NCBI RefSeq assembly: GCF_006345805.1
Contig: NC_043001.1
Span: 76,384,001 to 76,448,000, forward strand
DNA length: 64,000 nt
Direction of reading: 5' to 3'
Source: Octopus sinensis
Taxonomy: Eukaryota
The notes beneath the pieces are model-generated. The model was not told the origin of the DNA, did no database searches, and saw nothing but the letters and a program-made list of their open reading frames with translations. The position numbers and the translations under genes are program-made. Positions 62,989 through 64,000 of this stretch are shown one piece after another (the stretch's first letter is position 1; each line of letters starts with the position of its first letter).

Positions 62989-64000
62989 ATAGGATGGTGA
63001 AGAGATTGACGTAAACAACCTGCACTTCGATTGTCAGTTTGTATTGTTTCCGTCAAAATATTTTGTAAACAATTCCTATAGCTTTGACTTTTAGAGGTTT
63101 TTTGTTGTTGGCTGCAAGAATGTCACCTACTGCGATTCGTCTCTATTCTGATATATATGCACACACATACATACATACACACACTATATATATATATATA
63201 TACACATATATAAAATTCACTCGAGTTCTTCGTAATTTTTACATCCTGTATTAAAATTGAAAGATAATAATTCTCAAGAGTTGCAGCCCATATTAGACAA
63301 GCTATGGCGATTATTTATAGAAATTTGCTGGTGGCACTAAATATTGTAATACATTAAAAAATAATTTTTTAAATGTAGTGATTTATCAGTTCTTTTTCTT
63401 ATAAGAGCTAATCAGAGTACAATATACTCCTGTATAGTAACTTGTTTATAAATCGAAACACTTCATTTTAAAATTATCCAAGTCACTAAGCATATTGCTT
63501 CTTTTTTTTTTTTGTCTAAAAGTGATATTTTATTAGCATTTTCTAACATCATGTTCGCTTAGCACCCACCTTCAAATTCAGTACCAACATTTTTAAATGT
63601 CTGCTGTATCTTCGGATATCCTTTGGCTCATCATAAATTTAAGTTGTCGATAGTTGTTGGGCAGTAGGTGTGCACAATGTTTCTGATCCATAAAGGTTTT
63701 TATATGATTGGTGCACGTGTGTGATTAGATAGTCAATTTCTTATGTAGATGCTTTCAGGAAACGTATACGAGGGCGATAAAAAGACGAGTCTTAAATGAT
63801 GTTCAAAATCCGGTCACGTACTTTTCATCCATCGCCGCCGATAACTTCACCATTTTATAAGGAAAATTATAAGTTCCATCATCATAGCCACCATATTACT
63901 ATCTATAAATACCGTTCCTAAAGGCGAGCCGACCATAGAGCCTTTACATATTTGCTAGAAATAGCAGACAAATCTCACTCATCTATACTGATTGTGCGAA

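Overview
AT-rich, microsatellite- and transposon-dense animal genomic DNA. The SINE families look like those of octopod cephalopods (inferred from recalled repeat families, not from a search). Only two host coding segments are supportable, both on +: the large terminal coding exon of FIBP (3984-4875) and the 39-nt first coding exon of F-actin capping protein alpha (61766-61804). The ~57 kb between them is mostly mobile DNA. The main element is a very young full-length Ty3/Gypsy retrotransposon (46035-51109) with near-identical LTRs, a GATG target-site duplication (TSD), an 18-nt tRNA-Trp primer-binding site (PBS), a -1 frameshift cassette and a shortened Gag; it is inserted into a Penelope-like element. 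Also present: two solo LTRs, degraded R4-, CRE- and CR1/L2-type LINEs, mariner/Tc1 relics, Helitron/Helentron derivatives, many MITEs and SINEs, a hammerhead-ribozyme-like motif, a pre-miRNA-like hairpin and several fold-back or inverted duplications (the ~4 kb one is probably an assembly artefact). I see no evidence for a wholly new multi-gene system; the best leads are RNA-level elements.
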